A stretch of DNA of 64,000 nt, taken from assembly GCA_947495555.1 (NCBI GenBank), contig CANLZI010000001.1:36861-100860 (forward strand). The letters are read 5' to 3'. Positions 16,423 through 27,326 of this stretch are shown here, piece by piece; position 1 is the stretch's first letter; every line of letters starts with the position of its first letter. The stretch comes from an uncultured Erythrobacter sp. Its GTDB lineage: Bacteria; Pseudomonadota; Alphaproteobacteria; Sphingomonadales; Sphingomonadaceae. A program made the position numbers and the translations under genes. Below the pieces are notes generated by a model. The model saw only the letters and a program-made list of their open reading frames with translations. It was not told the origin of the DNA and made no database searches.

Positions 16423-18057
16423 ATGGCTAATTCAAAAATTCAAAGCTTCACCCGCTTCCTTTTGGTTGCGCTTCTTGGCGGATTAATCGCCGCATGTTCC
16501 GGGGGCGAGCGCGAAACTGACCGCGCCGCCGCAGAAGGCATATTGCTGTTCGGCAATGGGACAGAGCCCAAGGGATTGGACCCGCATCTGGTAACGGGTG
16601 TTCCCGAAAACCACATTATCTCTTCATTGATTGAAGGCCTGATCGCCTATCATCCGACAGACGATCTGATCCCCGCGCCTGGCGTTGCCGAGAGCTGGGA
16701 AAGCAATGACGATTATACCGTTTGGACCTTTAAGCTGCGCGATGATGCGGTGTGGACCAATGGTGATCCGGTTGCAGCCGGTGACTTTGCTTACAGCTGG
16801 CAGCGTATCCTTACCCCAATTCTGGGCAGCGAATACGCGCCGATGCTTTATGTGATTAAAGGCGCACAATCGTTCCATGCTGGCGATACGGAAGATTTCT
16901 CTACCGTTGGCGTGCGGGCAATTGATGAAAAGACTTTGGAAGTGACGTTGGAAGGACCAACGCCTTACTTCCCTAACATGCTCAAGCATTACAGCTTTTT
17001 CCCGGTCAACCCGCGTGCCGTTGAAGAACATGGCGGAATGACCGATCGGCAAAGTGGTTGGTCGACGGTTGAAAACTTTGTTGGAAATGGCCCGTTCAAA
17101 TTGAAATCCTGGGTTACCAACCAGATGATCGAGGTCGAGCGCAACACCGACTATTGGGACAATGAGACGACCAAGTTGAATGGCATCCGTTTCTTCCCGA
17201 TTGAAAACCCAAGCACCGAAGAAACCATGTACCGCAGTGGCCGCTTGCATCTGACGAGCACGGTTCCGCAGGACAAAATCCCGTCATTGCAAGAGTCTGT
17301 TCCAGACCAGCTGCGGATTGAACCTTACCTCGGGTCTTACTTCTACCGCGTCAATGTAACCCGTGCCCCGTTTGATAACCCCAAGGTCCGTCAGGCACTG
17401 GCAGTATCGTTCGACAAGCAGCTGTTGGTGGACAAGGTCACAAAGGGTGGCCAAGCGCCTGCAACAGGCTTCGTACCAGCCGGGATACCGGGCTACGACG
17501 TGTCCACCAAGGTTCAATACGATCCAGAACTGGGCAAGAAGCTCTTGGCCGAGGCAGGCTTTCCCAATGGTGAAGGCTTCCCAACCTCTGAAATCCTGAT
17601 CAACACCAGCGAAGGGCATCGCAAGATCGCCGAAGCTATGCAGGCGATGTGGAAGGAAAACCTGAACATTGATGTTGGCATCTATAACCAGGAGTGGAAG
17701 GTCTATCTCGATAGCCAAAGCAGTCTGGACTATGATTTGTCACGGTCGGGTTGGATTGGCGATTATGTCCACCCTACAACTTTTCTCGAACTGTTTACGT
17801 CGGGCAATGGCAACAATGACACCGGTTGGACTAACCCCCAATACGATGCTTTGATCTCTCAGGCGCAACTTGCGCAGACGGAAGAAGCGCGCATTAATGC
17901 GTTGCAGGATGCCGAGGAAATTCTGCTGACCGACTTGCCGGTTTTGCCAATCTATTGGTACACCCGCGTTTATATGAAGGACACGCAATTGCGAGGCTGG
18001 GAACCCAAGGTTTTGGATAACCACCCCTACAAATACGTTTATTTCGAAACGAATTGA
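16423..18057 (+). CDS. oppA: Peptide ABC transporter substrate-binding lipoprotein
   Basis: IAAC lipobox, EPKGLDP, WTFKLRDDAVWTNGDPV and GNGPFKLKSW family 5 motifs. Confidence 0.92.
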   Translation: MANSKIQSFTRFLLVALLGGLIAACSGGERETDRAAAEGILLFGNGTEPKGLDPHLVTGVPENHIISSLIEGLIAYHPTDDLIPAPGVAESWESNDDYTVWTFKLRDDAVWTNGDPVAAGDFAYSWQRILTPILGSEYAPMLYVIKGAQSFHAGDTEDFSTVGVRAIDEKTLEVTLEGPTPYFPNMLKHYSFFPVNPRAVEEHGGMTDRQSGWSTVENFVGNGPFKLKSWVTNQMIEVERNTDYWDNETTKLNGIRFFPIENPSTEETMYRSGRLHLTSTVPQDKIPSLQESVPDQLRIEPYLGSYFYRVNVTRAPFDNPKVRQALAVSFDKQLLVDKVTKGGQAPATGFVPAGIPGYDVSTKVQYDPELGKKLLAEAGFPNGEGFPTSEILINTSEGHRKIAEAMQAMWKENLNIDVGIYNQEWKVYLDSQSSLDYDLSRSGWIGDYVHPTTFLELFTSGNGNNDTGWTNPQYDALISQAQLAQTEEARINALQDAEEILLTDLPVLPIYWYTRVYMKDTQLRGWEPKVLDNHPYKYVYFETN

Positions 18058-18093
18058 TCGTCAGCCAATGACCTCGATTGAAAGGATCAAGCC

Positions 18094-19011
18094 TTGCTAA
18101 AATTTGTAGCAGGGAGATTGCTTCAGGGCATCTTAGTCTTGCTGGCAATCTATGCCGTTACCTTCTTCCTGGTAGCGGCAACCCCGGGTAGCCCATTTAG
18201 TTCAGAGAGGGCTATCCGGCCCGAAATTCTGGCTCAGATCGAAGCCTTCTATGGCTATGACAAGCCGGTGTTTGAACGATTTATGACGTCGCTGGGCAAT
18301 GCCCTCAGCGGTGAATTCGGACCTAGTGCGGTGTATGCCAATCGCTCGGTCACAGACATCATCGCTGAATCCTTCCCGGTTTCGCTCAAGCTGGGTGCGT
18401 TGTCGCTCTTGCTGGCCATGGCGCTGGGTATTCCAGCGGGCATCATAGCCGCGGTAAAGCGCAACACTTGGCTCGATTATGTTCCAATGTCTGCTGCGAT
18501 GGTCGGGATTTGCCTACCAACATTTGTCATGGGACCGATGCTGGCACTTGTCTTTGGCATCATCTTGAAACTGCTTCCTGTGGCAGGTTGGTTTGGTCCA
18601 GAATTCTGGATCCTGCCAGCGGCGACACTGGGACTGGTCTATGCTGCATATTTCGCCCGTTTGACCCGGGGAGGTATGCTGGAAATGCTCAATCAGGATT
18701 GGGTGCGCACCGCCCGGGCAAAAGGTGTGAAGGAAACCACCATTATCTGGCGGCACTGCCTTAAAGGCGGATTGATGCCAGCGGTCACATTCCTTGGGCC
18801 GGCATTGGCCGGGATTATCTCTGGCTCATTTGTGGTTGAGACAATCTTCCAGGTCCCGGGCCTTGGCCAATGGTTCGTGCGCGGCGCGCTGAACCGTGAC
18901 GATTTTCTCATTCTGGGCCTGACGGTCCTTTTCGCAACCCTGATCGTGATCATGAACCTGTTGGTTGACATTGTGCAGGTCGCGCTAAACCCACGGCTTA
19001 AATATGAGTAA
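18094..19011 (+). CDS. oppB: Peptide ABC transporter permease
   Basis: EAA-type motif DWVRTARAKG; VETIFQVPGLG. Confidence 0.92.
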   Translation: MLKFVAGRLLQGILVLLAIYAVTFFLVAATPGSPFSSERAIRPEILAQIEAFYGYDKPVFERFMTSLGNALSGEFGPSAVYANRSVTDIIAESFPVSLKLGALSLLLAMALGIPAGIIAAVKRNTWLDYVPMSAAMVGICLPTFVMGPMLALVFGIILKLLPVAGWFGPEFWILPAATLGLVYAAYFARLTRGGMLEMLNQDWVRTARAKGVKETTIIWRHCLKGGLMPAVTFLGPALAGIISGSFVVETIFQVPGLGQWFVRGALNRDDFLILGLTVLFATLIVIMNLLVDIVQVALNPRLKYE

Positions 19012-19945
19012 TATTTCGCAAACCGCCACGCTGCAGGGTAAACCGCAGCCAGATCCGGCTGGGCCGGCTGTTGCCGCCATGCTGGAGGAGTTGGAAGAAG
19101 GCTCGTCTCTTTGGAAGGACGCCTGGGCCAGGCTCCGCAAGAACAAGTTGGCGTTGACCAGCCTGTTCCTGTTCATTCTGATCGTGTTGTTCTGCGTGGT
19201 GGGTCCGTTTTTGTCCCCCTATGACAGTCAAGCTCAGGATCTGTTCGTTGGTGCCGAGGGCCCCTCGGCCGCGCATTGGTTCGGCACGGATACGCTGGGC
19301 CGCGACCTGTTGGTCCGCGTTATGGAAGGCGGGCGGATATCATTGCTCGTCGGACTGGTGGCCACCACTGTATCGCTGATGATTGGCGTGATTTTCGGTG
19401 CCGTTGCCGGTTACATGGGCGGGCGAGTTGATGCTGCCATGATGCGCTTTGTCGATCTGCTCTATGCGTTGCCATTCACCATTTTCGTGATCTTGCTGAT
19501 GGTCGCCTTTGGCCGCTCGCTGTGGTTGATGTTTGTGGCGATTGGCTGTGTCGAATGGCTTACCATGGCCCGTATCGTGCGCTCTGGCGTGATCGGTTTG
19601 AAGAAACAGGAATTCGTCGAAGCGGCAGTTTCACTTGGCTACAGCCACACACGGATCATTCTGCGTCACCTGATCCCCAATGTCTTGGGTCCGGTGATTG
19701 TGATTTCCACTCTGACTGTTCCAGCGGTTATGCTGCTAGAGGCATTCCTCAGCTTCCTGGGATTGGGCGTTCAACCGCCTTTCGCCAGCTGGGGTGTGCT
19801 GATCAACGAGGGTCAGCAGAACATGGAAATCTTCCCATGGCTGCTCATTTTCCCAGCATTTTTCTTTGCCCTGACGCTGTTCTGCTTGAACTTCCTGGGC
19901 GATGGTTTGCGCGATGCGCTCGACCCCAAGAGCGCGAAGGACTGA
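19004..19945 (+). CDS. oppC: Peptide ABC transporter permease
   Basis: HWFGTDTLGRD, EFVEAAVSLG and RDALDPK motifs. Confidence 0.92.
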   Translation: MSNISQTATLQGKPQPDPAGPAVAAMLEELEEGSSLWKDAWARLRKNKLALTSLFLFILIVLFCVVGPFLSPYDSQAQDLFVGAEGPSAAHWFGTDTLGRDLLVRVMEGGRISLLVGLVATTVSLMIGVIFGAVAGYMGGRVDAAMMRFVDLLYALPFTIFVILLMVAFGRSLWLMFVAIGCVEWLTMARIVRSGVIGLKKQEFVEAAVSLGYSHTRIILRHLIPNVLGPVIVISTLTVPAVMLLEAFLSFLGLGVQPPFASWGVLINEGQQNMEIFPWLLIFPAFFFALTLFCLNFLGDGLRDALDPKSAKD

Positions 19946-19951
19946 TCGACC

Positions 19952-20998
19952 ATGGCATTGCTAGAAGTTGAAGACCTGGCCACGCATTTCCACACGCGTG
20001 AAGGGACTGTCAGGGCCGTAGACGGCGTAAGTTTCTCGATCGACAAGGGCGAGACGCTTGGCATCGTGGGAGAGTCGGGGTCAGGCAAGTCGGTGACCTG
20101 CTATTCGCTTATGCGGTTGATCCCGGAACCTCCAGGCCGGATCGAACGCGGGGTTGCCCGCTTTGATGGGCAGGATTTGCTGCAAATGAGCAAATCAGAT
20201 TTGCGCCATGTTCGCGGTGACCGGATCAGCATGATCTTCCAAGATCCAATGACATCGCTGAATCCCTATTTGCGCATTTCGACGCAATTGATTGAAGCGC
20301 AACAGACACACCGCGATATCGATAACAAGGCCGCCCTTTTCAAAGCTATCGAGGGTTTGGAAGAGGTTGGCATTCCCGACGCAGCCAATCGGGTTAAGTC
20401 CTATCCGCATGAATTTTCAGGCGGGATGCGCCAACGTGTGATGATCGCAATGGCGCTGATCAATGAACCTGATCTGTTGATCGCCGATGAACCCACCACC
20501 GCGTTGGACGTAACCGTGCAGGCGCAAATTCTGGACATCATCAAGCAACGCCAGGAACGTCTTGGCACTGCGGTTATTCTGGTGACCCATGATTTGGGCG
20601 TGGTTGCCGGCAATTGTGACAAGGTCAACGTCATGTATGCTGGCCAGATCGTGGAAAGCGGCAGTGCGGAACAAGTGTTCTACGAAGCCAAGCACGCCTA
20701 CACTCGGTCCCTGCAGAAGACGATCCCTTCGCTGCAGGAAAAGGGTCAGGAACTTTACACCATCCCTGGCCTTCCACCAGATTTGACCAAGCCAATCAAT
20801 GGCTGTGCATTCCATCCGCGTTGCCCCTTCCCCAAGACGGGAGCTGCGGAAACTGGCCGCCCGACGCTTAAAGATGTGGGCGATGGACACTGCTTTGCCG
20901 ATTGCGGATATTGCGATTCAAGCGGTTCGATCGAGGACGTTCTCGCCAAGGGCGATACGGACGACATTCAATTGCCCGGCGAAGGAGTTAAGGCATGA
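19952..20998 (+). CDS. oppD: Peptide ABC transporter ATP-binding protein
   Basis: [21 protein letters not shown] and C-terminal GCAFHPRC. Confidence 0.93.
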   Translation: MALLEVEDLATHFHTREGTVRAVDGVSFSIDKGETLGIVGESGSGKSVTCYSLMRLIPEPPGRIERGVARFDGQDLLQMSKSDLRHVRGDRISMIFQDPMTSLNPYLRISTQLIEAQQTHRDIDNKAALFKAIEGLEEVGIPDAANRVKSYPHEFSGGMRQRVMIAMALINEPDLLIADEPTTALDVTVQAQILDIIKQRQERLGTAVILVTHDLGVVAGNCDKVNVMYAGQIVESGSAEQVFYEAKHAYTRSLQKTIPSLQEKGQELYTIPGLPPDLTKPINGCAFHPRCPFPKTGAAETGRPTLKDVGDGHCFADCGYCDSSGSIEDVLAKGDTDDIQLPGEGVKA

Positions 20999-22014
20999 GC
21001 GATCGTCGTGATGACTTCTTGGTGCTGGAAAATGTGAAAACCCACTTTGACCTGGGCCGCGATTTTCTGACCCGCAGAAGCAAGGGCGTGGTCAAGGCCG
21101 TTGATGGTATTTCTCTGACCATCAAAGAAGGCGAAACGCTGGGGCTGGTGGGCGAGTCGGGCTGTGGCAAGTCCACGCTCAGCCGCACGATCATGCAGTT
21201 GATCCGGCCAACATCTGGCAAGATTTGGCTGGAAGGCAAAGAGCTGAGCGCGATTTCGGATCGTGATATCCGGGACGTTCGCAAGAACTTCCAAATGATC
21301 TTTCAGGACCCTTACGCATCGCTCAATCCGCGTATGACGGTGCTGGATACGCTGTCAGAGGCGATCCGCACTCGTCACCCCGATTCCAAGGGTGATGATC
21401 TGCTGCAGCGGGTGTCTGAACTGCTGCGCACTGTCGGCCTCAATCCAGCCCAGATGAAGCGCTATCCGCACGAATTTTCTGGCGGCCAACGCCAACGTGT
21501 TGCGATTGCCAGGGCCTTGGCACCCGAACCCAAATTGATCATTGCCGATGAGCCGGTCTCGGCATTGGACGTGTCCATCCAGTCGCAAATCCTCAATCTG
21601 CTCAAGCGGTTGAAGAGCGAAATGGGTCTGACCATGATCTTCGTCTCGCATGATTTGTCGGTTGTCCGCTATATTTCTGACCGGATTGCGGTGATGTATC
21701 TTGGCCGGATCACCGAGTTGGGCAACGCGGAAACGATCGTCGATGATCCGCTGCATATCTACACCAAGGCGCTGACCAGTGCGATACCGGTACCGGATCC
21801 ACGGGCTGAGCATTCGCGTAAGCGGGTCATCTTGCAAGGCGATCAGCCTTCTCCGATTGATCCGCCGTCAGGGTGCAATTTCTGGCCGCGCAGCCCAGTG
21901 GAACACGATGCACAAATGAAGGAAACGGTCCCTGAATTTGTGGAGGTTGCCACCGGACATTGGGTGTCGAATTGTCGGTTCTGTGTCGAGCCGACTGCTG
22001 CGACATCCGGATAG
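20995..22014 (+). CDS. oppF: Peptide ABC transporter ATP-binding protein
   Basis: [24 protein letters not shown]. Confidence 0.93.
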   Translation: MSDRRDDFLVLENVKTHFDLGRDFLTRRSKGVVKAVDGISLTIKEGETLGLVGESGCGKSTLSRTIMQLIRPTSGKIWLEGKELSAISDRDIRDVRKNFQMIFQDPYASLNPRMTVLDTLSEAIRTRHPDSKGDDLLQRVSELLRTVGLNPAQMKRYPHEFSGGQRQRVAIARALAPEPKLIIADEPVSALDVSIQSQILNLLKRLKSEMGLTMIFVSHDLSVVRYISDRIAVMYLGRITELGNAETIVDDPLHIYTKALTSAIPVPDPRAEHSRKRVILQGDQPSPIDPPSGCNFWPRSPVEHDAQMKETVPEFVEVATGHWVSNCRFCVEPTAATSG

Positions 22015-22068
22015 CTTTACTGCAATTGCGCCCCAGCTGAGAGCGCTAGTCGCGGTGTCGCGCCAAAT

Positions 22069-22488
22069 CTAAGCATCGGGTTTTTCGGTTATGCGGAAAA
22101 TCGCCATGCCGATCAGCATCGCGCCCACAAATGTTGCGGCAGGAATGGGATTGACCAGCAGCGATGCGATACCCGGACCCGGGCACAGTCCAGCAATGCC
22201 CCATCCGATCCCAAACAAAGTGGCCCCTGTTATCAGTCGGCCGTCGATGTCTTTGGTGCCAGGCAGATGGAATGATGGGGCGATCAATGGAGAGCTAAGC
22301 CCTCTTTGAAAACGCCATACGATCATCATGGTCACGCTGGCGCCGCCCATGACGAAGACCAGCGTAGGGTCCCATTGGCCAAAAACGTCCAGAAACCCGC
22401 GGACACGGGCGGGATCCATCATGCCTGAAACAGCCAGCCCCAAGCCAAAGATTGTCCCTGCAATCAGAGCAGTCAGTCCTTGCTTCAT
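22069..22488 (-). CDS. YeeE/YedE-family membrane protein (second subunit type)
   Basis: GLAVSGMMDP..V.GFLD..G.WDP and FGIGWGIAGLCPGP. Confidence 0.85.
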   Translation of the reverse strand: MKQGLTALIAGTIFGLGLAVSGMMDPARVRGFLDVFGQWDPTLVFVMGGASVTMMIVWRFQRGLSSPLIAPSFHLPGTKDIDGRLITGATLFGIGWGIAGLCPGPGIASLLVNPIPAATFVGAMLIGMAIFRITEKPDA

Positions 22489-22931
22489 GACCAGCCTCCA
22501 CCAAGTGCGTTCACAATGGCGACGGTTGCGATTCCGCTCGCGATAAAGGTCACTGTGGAAACGATGCTGCGCTGGCTGAACCGGCTCATGCCGCACACAC
22601 CGTGGCCAGATGTGCAGCCACTGCCCATCCGTGTGCCAAAGCCAGTGATTAAGCCGCCGATGATCAGCCAAGTCAGGCCGGGTGGGAATGTGCTTTCAAT
22701 CGGTGTGATAAATTGGTGAGAGGCTGCCCCGCCCAGAAGCAATCCAAAAACGAACAGCGCGGCAACGATCCGCGATGGGCCAGACTGTGTGAGGCCGGCT
22801 GCCCGCGCCGTGATGCCGCTCACCCCGGCAATGCGTCCCAGGCCGACCAACATAATTGCCGCTGCAAGCCCGATCAGAACACCGCCGATCAGTCCCTCTA
22901 TTGGCTGTGCATCTGGAAATGCAGCGATCAT
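22485..22931 (-). CDS. YeeE/YedE-family membrane protein
   Basis: GRIAGVSG and GSGCTSGHGVCG motifs. Confidence 0.88.
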   Translation of the reverse strand: MIAAFPDAQPIEGLIGGVLIGLAAAIMLVGLGRIAGVSGITARAAGLTQSGPSRIVAALFVFGLLLGGAASHQFITPIESTFPPGLTWLIIGGLITGFGTRMGSGCTSGHGVCGMSRFSQRSIVSTVTFIASGIATVAIVNALGGGWS

Positions 22932-23048
22932 CGACTTTCCCCTCGGTCAGATATCAGAAGCGCCAGCTATATCCCGCCTGACACTGATTTCAAATCGGTC
23001 GGTGCACAGGCTTGCCGTTGCAATCCGCGCAATATAATAACGCGTTCC

Positions 23049-24179
23049 ATGACTATGACCCAACGCCCCGTCATCTCCTCAACCGGCCTTTTTACGCCTG
23101 GGGAGACCATCACCAATGAAGAGCTGGTTGCCAGCTTCAACACCTATGTCGAGCAGGAAAATGCTCGCAATGCGGCCGCGATTGCTGCTGGTGAGATCGA
23201 GGCGCTTCAGCCCAGCTCGGTTGAATTCATTGAGAAGGCGAGCGGGATCAAGGCGCGCCATGTGGTTGCTAAACAGCCTGTGCTGGACCCAGCAATCATG
23301 GCCCCTCGCTTCGCGGAGCGTGGCAATGACGAAATTTCGATCCTGGCAGAGATCGGCGTGAAGGCCGCGCGTCAGGCATTGGAACGGGCAGGGCGCGACG
23401 CTAGCGATGTGGATGCGGTGTTGTGTGCGGCATCCAATATGCAGCGTCCCTATCCGGCAATGGCGATCGAGATCCAGCAGGCGCTGGGTATTGATGGATT
23501 TGGGTTTGATATGAATGTTGCTTGTTCTTCGGCAACCTTCGGGATCCAGACCGCGGCGGATTACATCAGGGCAGGCAATGCAAAAAGCGTGCTGGTGGTT
23601 AGCCCCGAAATCACCTCCGGGCACCTCAATTGGCGAGATCGGGACAGCCACTTCATCTTTGGTGACGTTGCCACAGCGGTGCTGGTGGAAGACGCTGCAA
23701 TCGCTCCGGCCGAGCACTGGGACATCCTTGGCACCAAGCTGAAGACGGTGTTTTCGAACAATATTCGCAACAATTTTGGGTACTTGAACAGGGCGCATCC
23801 CGAAACCGCAGATGCTGCGGACAAATTGTTCATTCAGGAAGGGCGCAAGGTCTTCAAAGAAGTGGTGCCGATGGTCGCGCAGATGATCGTGGAAGAGGCA
23901 GAGCGCCTGTCCATTGCGCCCAATACCATCCGCCGCATGTGGCTGCATCAAGCCAACGCCGGCATGAACCGCTTGATCGCCCAAAAGGTGCTGGGGCATG
24001 AGGCAAGCGAGGATGAAAGCCCGACGGTTCTCGATACCTATGGCAACACCTCAAGCGCTGGTTCGATCATTGCCTTCCATTTGCACAGTCAGGATTTGGT
24101 TGAGGGTGATACAGGTCTGATCTGCAGCTTTGGCGCGGGATATTCTGCTGGCACGGTCTTCATCCGGCGCGCTGCCTAA
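23049..24179 (+). CDS. Beta-ketoacyl-ACP synthase III (FabH-like)
   Basis: Catalytic triad contexts NVACSS, LHQAN and GNTSSA. Confidence 0.9.
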   Translation: MTMTQRPVISSTGLFTPGETITNEELVASFNTYVEQENARNAAAIAAGEIEALQPSSVEFIEKASGIKARHVVAKQPVLDPAIMAPRFAERGNDEISILAEIGVKAARQALERAGRDASDVDAVLCAASNMQRPYPAMAIEIQQALGIDGFGFDMNVACSSATFGIQTAADYIRAGNAKSVLVVSPEITSGHLNWRDRDSHFIFGDVATAVLVEDAAIAPAEHWDILGTKLKTVFSNNIRNNFGYLNRAHPETADAADKLFIQEGRKVFKEVVPMVAQMIVEEAERLSIAPNTIRRMWLHQANAGMNRLIAQKVLGHEASEDESPTVLDTYGNTSSAGSIIAFHLHSQDLVEGDTGLICSFGAGYSAGTVFIRRAA

Positions 24180-24282
24180 ACAGCCGAATAGCTGAATATA
24201 GTGCTGCTGATTCGGCGTTTTGCACCCAGAGACTTGGCGATCGGCGCTTGCGGCGCCAGCCACCAATCCCTAGATGCTGGGG

Positions 24283-25035
24283 ATGGCCGGAGAAATATTA
24301 GACAATAAGGGCGGTGGTGATGTCAGCTGGAGCTGGCCGCCAATCCATCCCGAAGGGCGCAAATATGGTGTGATCGCGGTTGCGATCAGCCTCGCTTTCC
24401 TCCTCATCCTCGATTGGGGCATAATCGGATGGCCGTTACTGGCGCTGTCTGGTGGTGTTTTCGCGTTTTTCCGCGATCCTGAGCGGGTTGTTCCGCAACA
24501 AGACGATGCCATTGTTGCACCGGCCGATGGTTTGATCTCACTGATCAGTCAGGTTGAACCGCCCGCTGAACTCCAGATTGACGATGGGTCGGGCCGCCCA
24601 GGCTTGCCTGCCGGTCCCGTTACGCGGGTTTCGATTTTCATGAGCGTGTTCGATGTTCATATCAACCGCGCGCCGATCGGCGGCTTGATCAGCCGGGTCG
24701 TATATATCCCGGGCAAATTCATGAATGCCGATTTGGACAAGGCGAGCGATGAAAACGAGCGCCAACATATTCTGGTCGAACGCGCTGATGGACTTGCGAT
24801 TGGATTCACCCAGATCGCTGGATTGGTCGCGCGCCGGATTGTTCCCTTTGTAAAGCCGGGAGACACCGTCGCTGTTGGTCAGCGGGTTGGATTGATCCGT
24901 TTTGGTAGCCGCGTTGACGTTTATCTTCCGGCCGGAACAGAGCCCAAGGTTCTGCTGGGTCAAAAGGTTATTGCTGGCGAAACGGTTCTGGCTGAATTGG
25001 GCGGGCAGAAATTGCTGGAGGGTATCGCTCAGTGA
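24283..25035 (+). CDS. psd: Phosphatidylserine decarboxylase proenzyme
   Basis: [15 protein letters not shown] and RFGSRVD self-cleavage site. Confidence 0.93.
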   Translation: MAGEILDNKGGGDVSWSWPPIHPEGRKYGVIAVAISLAFLLILDWGIIGWPLLALSGGVFAFFRDPERVVPQQDDAIVAPADGLISLISQVEPPAELQIDDGSGRPGLPAGPVTRVSIFMSVFDVHINRAPIGGLISRVVYIPGKFMNADLDKASDENERQHILVERADGLAIGFTQIAGLVARRIVPFVKPGDTVAVGQRVGLIRFGSRVDVYLPAGTEPKVLLGQKVIAGETVLAELGGQKLLEGIAQ

Positions 25036-25874
25036 GCGATGAGCCTGATCAAGGCGCAGGCGAACCTCGTTTGGGGCCAAAGGCTGCCGAGGACGAGGCA
25101 ATGTTGGCCGGGAATGATGCTCGGCAAGCGCGCCGTGGGCTCACTCTTAGGGCAATGTTGCCCAACGCCATTACGGCAGCGGCATTATGCTCTGGCCTGA
25201 CAGGTGTTCGATTTGCCATTTCCGGTGATTGGAATTTGGCAATCTATGCGGTTGTGCTGGCCGGAGTGCTAGACGGCATAGATGGGCGCATCGCCCGGAT
25301 GTTGAACGCGCAATCTCGGTTTGGTGCCGAGATGGACAGCCTGGCTGACTCGCTGTCCTTTGGCATGGCACCGGCACTGATTATCTATCTGTGGGCCTTA
25401 CAAGACCTGCCACGGATTGGTTGGTTTGCTTCGTTGGCCTTTGCGATCTGCTGCGCGCTGCGGCTCGCTCGCTTCAACGCTCAGATCGATACCGATGAGC
25501 AACCACACAAATCCGCAGGCTTCTTGACCGGCGTACCCGCTCCGGTTGGGGCAGGACTGACGTTTCTGCCATTCTATCTGTGGACTGCCACGGGTGAAGA
25601 GATATTCCGCAACCCTGTGTATGTTGCCATTTGGGTGGCGGTGATTGCCTTTATGATGATTTCCAACATCGCGACACTGAGTTGGGGATCCATCCGACCA
25701 AGGCGCAATGTCCGGTTGGAATTGATCGCAGCGATAGGCCTTGTCTTTGCGGCTCTGCTGTTGGAGCCATGGTGGGCGCTAACGGGTATATGTGCGCTCT
25801 ATCTGGCGCTAATGCCTTACGGTTTGGTCAAATATGGCCGGATCAAGCGGCAACGGCGTGAGGCGTCTGCCTGA
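25032..25874 (+). CDS. pssA: CDP-diacylglycerol--serine O-phosphatidyltransferase
   Basis: DGIDGRIAR...G..DS.AD CDP-alcohol phosphotransferase motif; RLARFN. Confidence 0.93.
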   Translation: MSDEPDQGAGEPRLGPKAAEDEAMLAGNDARQARRGLTLRAMLPNAITAAALCSGLTGVRFAISGDWNLAIYAVVLAGVLDGIDGRIARMLNAQSRFGAEMDSLADSLSFGMAPALIIYLWALQDLPRIGWFASLAFAICCALRLARFNAQIDTDEQPHKSAGFLTGVPAPVGAGLTFLPFYLWTATGEEIFRNPVYVAIWVAVIAFMMISNIATLSWGSIRPRRNVRLELIAAIGLVFAALLLEPWWALTGICALYLALMPYGLVKYGRIKRQRREASA

Positions 25875-26091
25875 CAGGTTGAGCCAACGGCGCTGCATCA
25901 TTCTGATTGGTTGCGATGCGCATCTGCACAACAACGGCATCAGTGGCCGGTAGGCCAAAGGTCTGATCATTCGCCAATTCACGGCGAATGGCCTTCCATG
26001 CATTACGACCGCGTACTGCGCTGTCAGCCAGCGCGGCCAATACGACCAACGTGGTTGTGACGAACAATGCGATAACCAGAAATGCAACCAT
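25843..26091 (-). CDS. Small single-TM hypothetical protein
   Basis: Hydrophobic N-terminus MVAFLVIALFVTTTLVVLAAL; has its own upstream promoter elements. Confidence 0.65.
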   Translation of the reverse strand: MVAFLVIALFVTTTLVVLAALADSAVRGRNAWKAIRRELANDQTFGLPATDAVVVQMRIATNQNDAAPLAQPVRQTPHAVAA

Positions 26092-26201
26092 TGTACCTAT
26101 CTCACTTTCTTGACTGACACCCACGGGATTCGACATTCTTGACAACTGGGTCAGCTACGTAGAAACACGGATGTGCGCGGTTTGTTCCGCTTAAGGCCCT
26201 T

Positions 26202-26227
26202 GTTCCCGTTCTGTTCCGTTCTGTCAA
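26202..26227 (-). promoter_or_regulatory. Alphaproteobacterial LexA box overlapping a TTGACA promoter
   Basis: GTTC-CCGTTCT-GTTC (26202-26216) fits GTTC-N7-GTTC; TTGACA on the minus strand at 26227-26222. Confidence 0.65.
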
Positions 26228-26364
26228 GCGCATTTTCCCATTGCGCGTGCAATTCCTTCACCAAGGCAGTTCGATTAGGGGTGGATTTTCGTTACATCAC
26301 CGGCTAAGCGCCCCGCTTCCGCAGGCAATTCCCGTCAATTCAGAAGGGTTGCGCATGCGGAAAA

Positions 26365-26450
26365 TCCACATGGAAAGCGCCCATACCGGTGCCGCAGAGG
26401 GACACCCTCACGGTTCTGAGCTTTCCAGAGGTACAACCGGAAAGGAATTA
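26365..26450 (+). promoter_or_regulatory. Probable rpsB leader (S2 autoregulatory RNA)
   Basis: Structured 5' leader (CCGGTGCC...CAACCGGAAAGGA) in front of rpsB, the position where such leaders occur. Boundaries approximate. Confidence 0.5.
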
Positions 26451-26453
26451 CTT

Positions 26454-27203
26454 ATGGCGGGTCCTACCGTCACAATGCAGCAATTGATCGAGGCCGGCGC
26501 ACACTTCGGCCACCAGACACACCGCTGGAACCCGCGGATGAAGCCCTATATCTTTGGGGCCCGCAACGGCGTTCACATCATCGACCTGTCGCAGACTGTG
26601 CCTCTGATGGCGCGCGCACTGGACTTTGTAGAGTCGACCGTTCGCGCAGGCGGCAAGGTTCTGTTCGTTGGAACCAAGCGTCAGGCACAAGAGCCTATCG
26701 CTGAAGCAGCTCGTGCTTCCAATCAGCACTTCGTCAACCACCGCTGGTTGGGCGGTATGCTCACCAACTGGAAGACGATTTCGCAATCGATCAAGCGTCT
26801 TAAGACGTTGGAAGAACAGCTGTCGACCGACACCAGCGGCTTCACCAAGAAAGAAGTTCTGCAACTGACGCGTGAGCGTGACAAGCTTGAGCTTTCTTTG
26901 GGCGGTATCCGCGACATGGGCGGTATTCCTGACGTAATGTTCGTCATCGATGCCAACAAAGAAGACCTGGCCATCAAGGAAGCTGCCGTATTGGGCATCC
27001 CTGTGATCGCGGTCCTCGATACCAATGTCGATCCATCCAACATCGCATTCCCGATTCCGGGCAATGATGACGCCAGCCGTGCTGTGCGCATGTATTGCGA
27101 TGCCATCAGCGCAGCGGCCAATGCTGGCCGTGGCGGCGCTGCTGAAGCATCAGGCGCTGATGTTGGTTCGATGGAAGAACCACCTGCTGAAGCGACTGCC
27201 TAA
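26454..27203 (+). CDS. rpsB: 30S ribosomal protein S2
   Basis: [17 protein letters not shown] and [10 protein letters not shown]. Confidence 0.98.
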   Translation: MAGPTVTMQQLIEAGAHFGHQTHRWNPRMKPYIFGARNGVHIIDLSQTVPLMARALDFVESTVRAGGKVLFVGTKRQAQEPIAEAARASNQHFVNHRWLGGMLTNWKTISQSIKRLKTLEEQLSTDTSGFTKKEVLQLTRERDKLELSLGGIRDMGGIPDVMFVIDANKEDLAIKEAAVLGIPVIAVLDTNVDPSNIAFPIPGNDDASRAVRMYCDAISAAANAGRGGAAEASGADVGSMEEPPAEATA

Positions 27204-27326
27204 GGCAAACCAAAGCTGACGGCGGCAATTCTGGCGTCGTAAACATGATTGAGTGCGCCGGTGGACTGCGATGGCTGAGAGGCCTTGCAGGGACCGGCGC
27301 CAACACACATTCAAGAGGAATATGAG

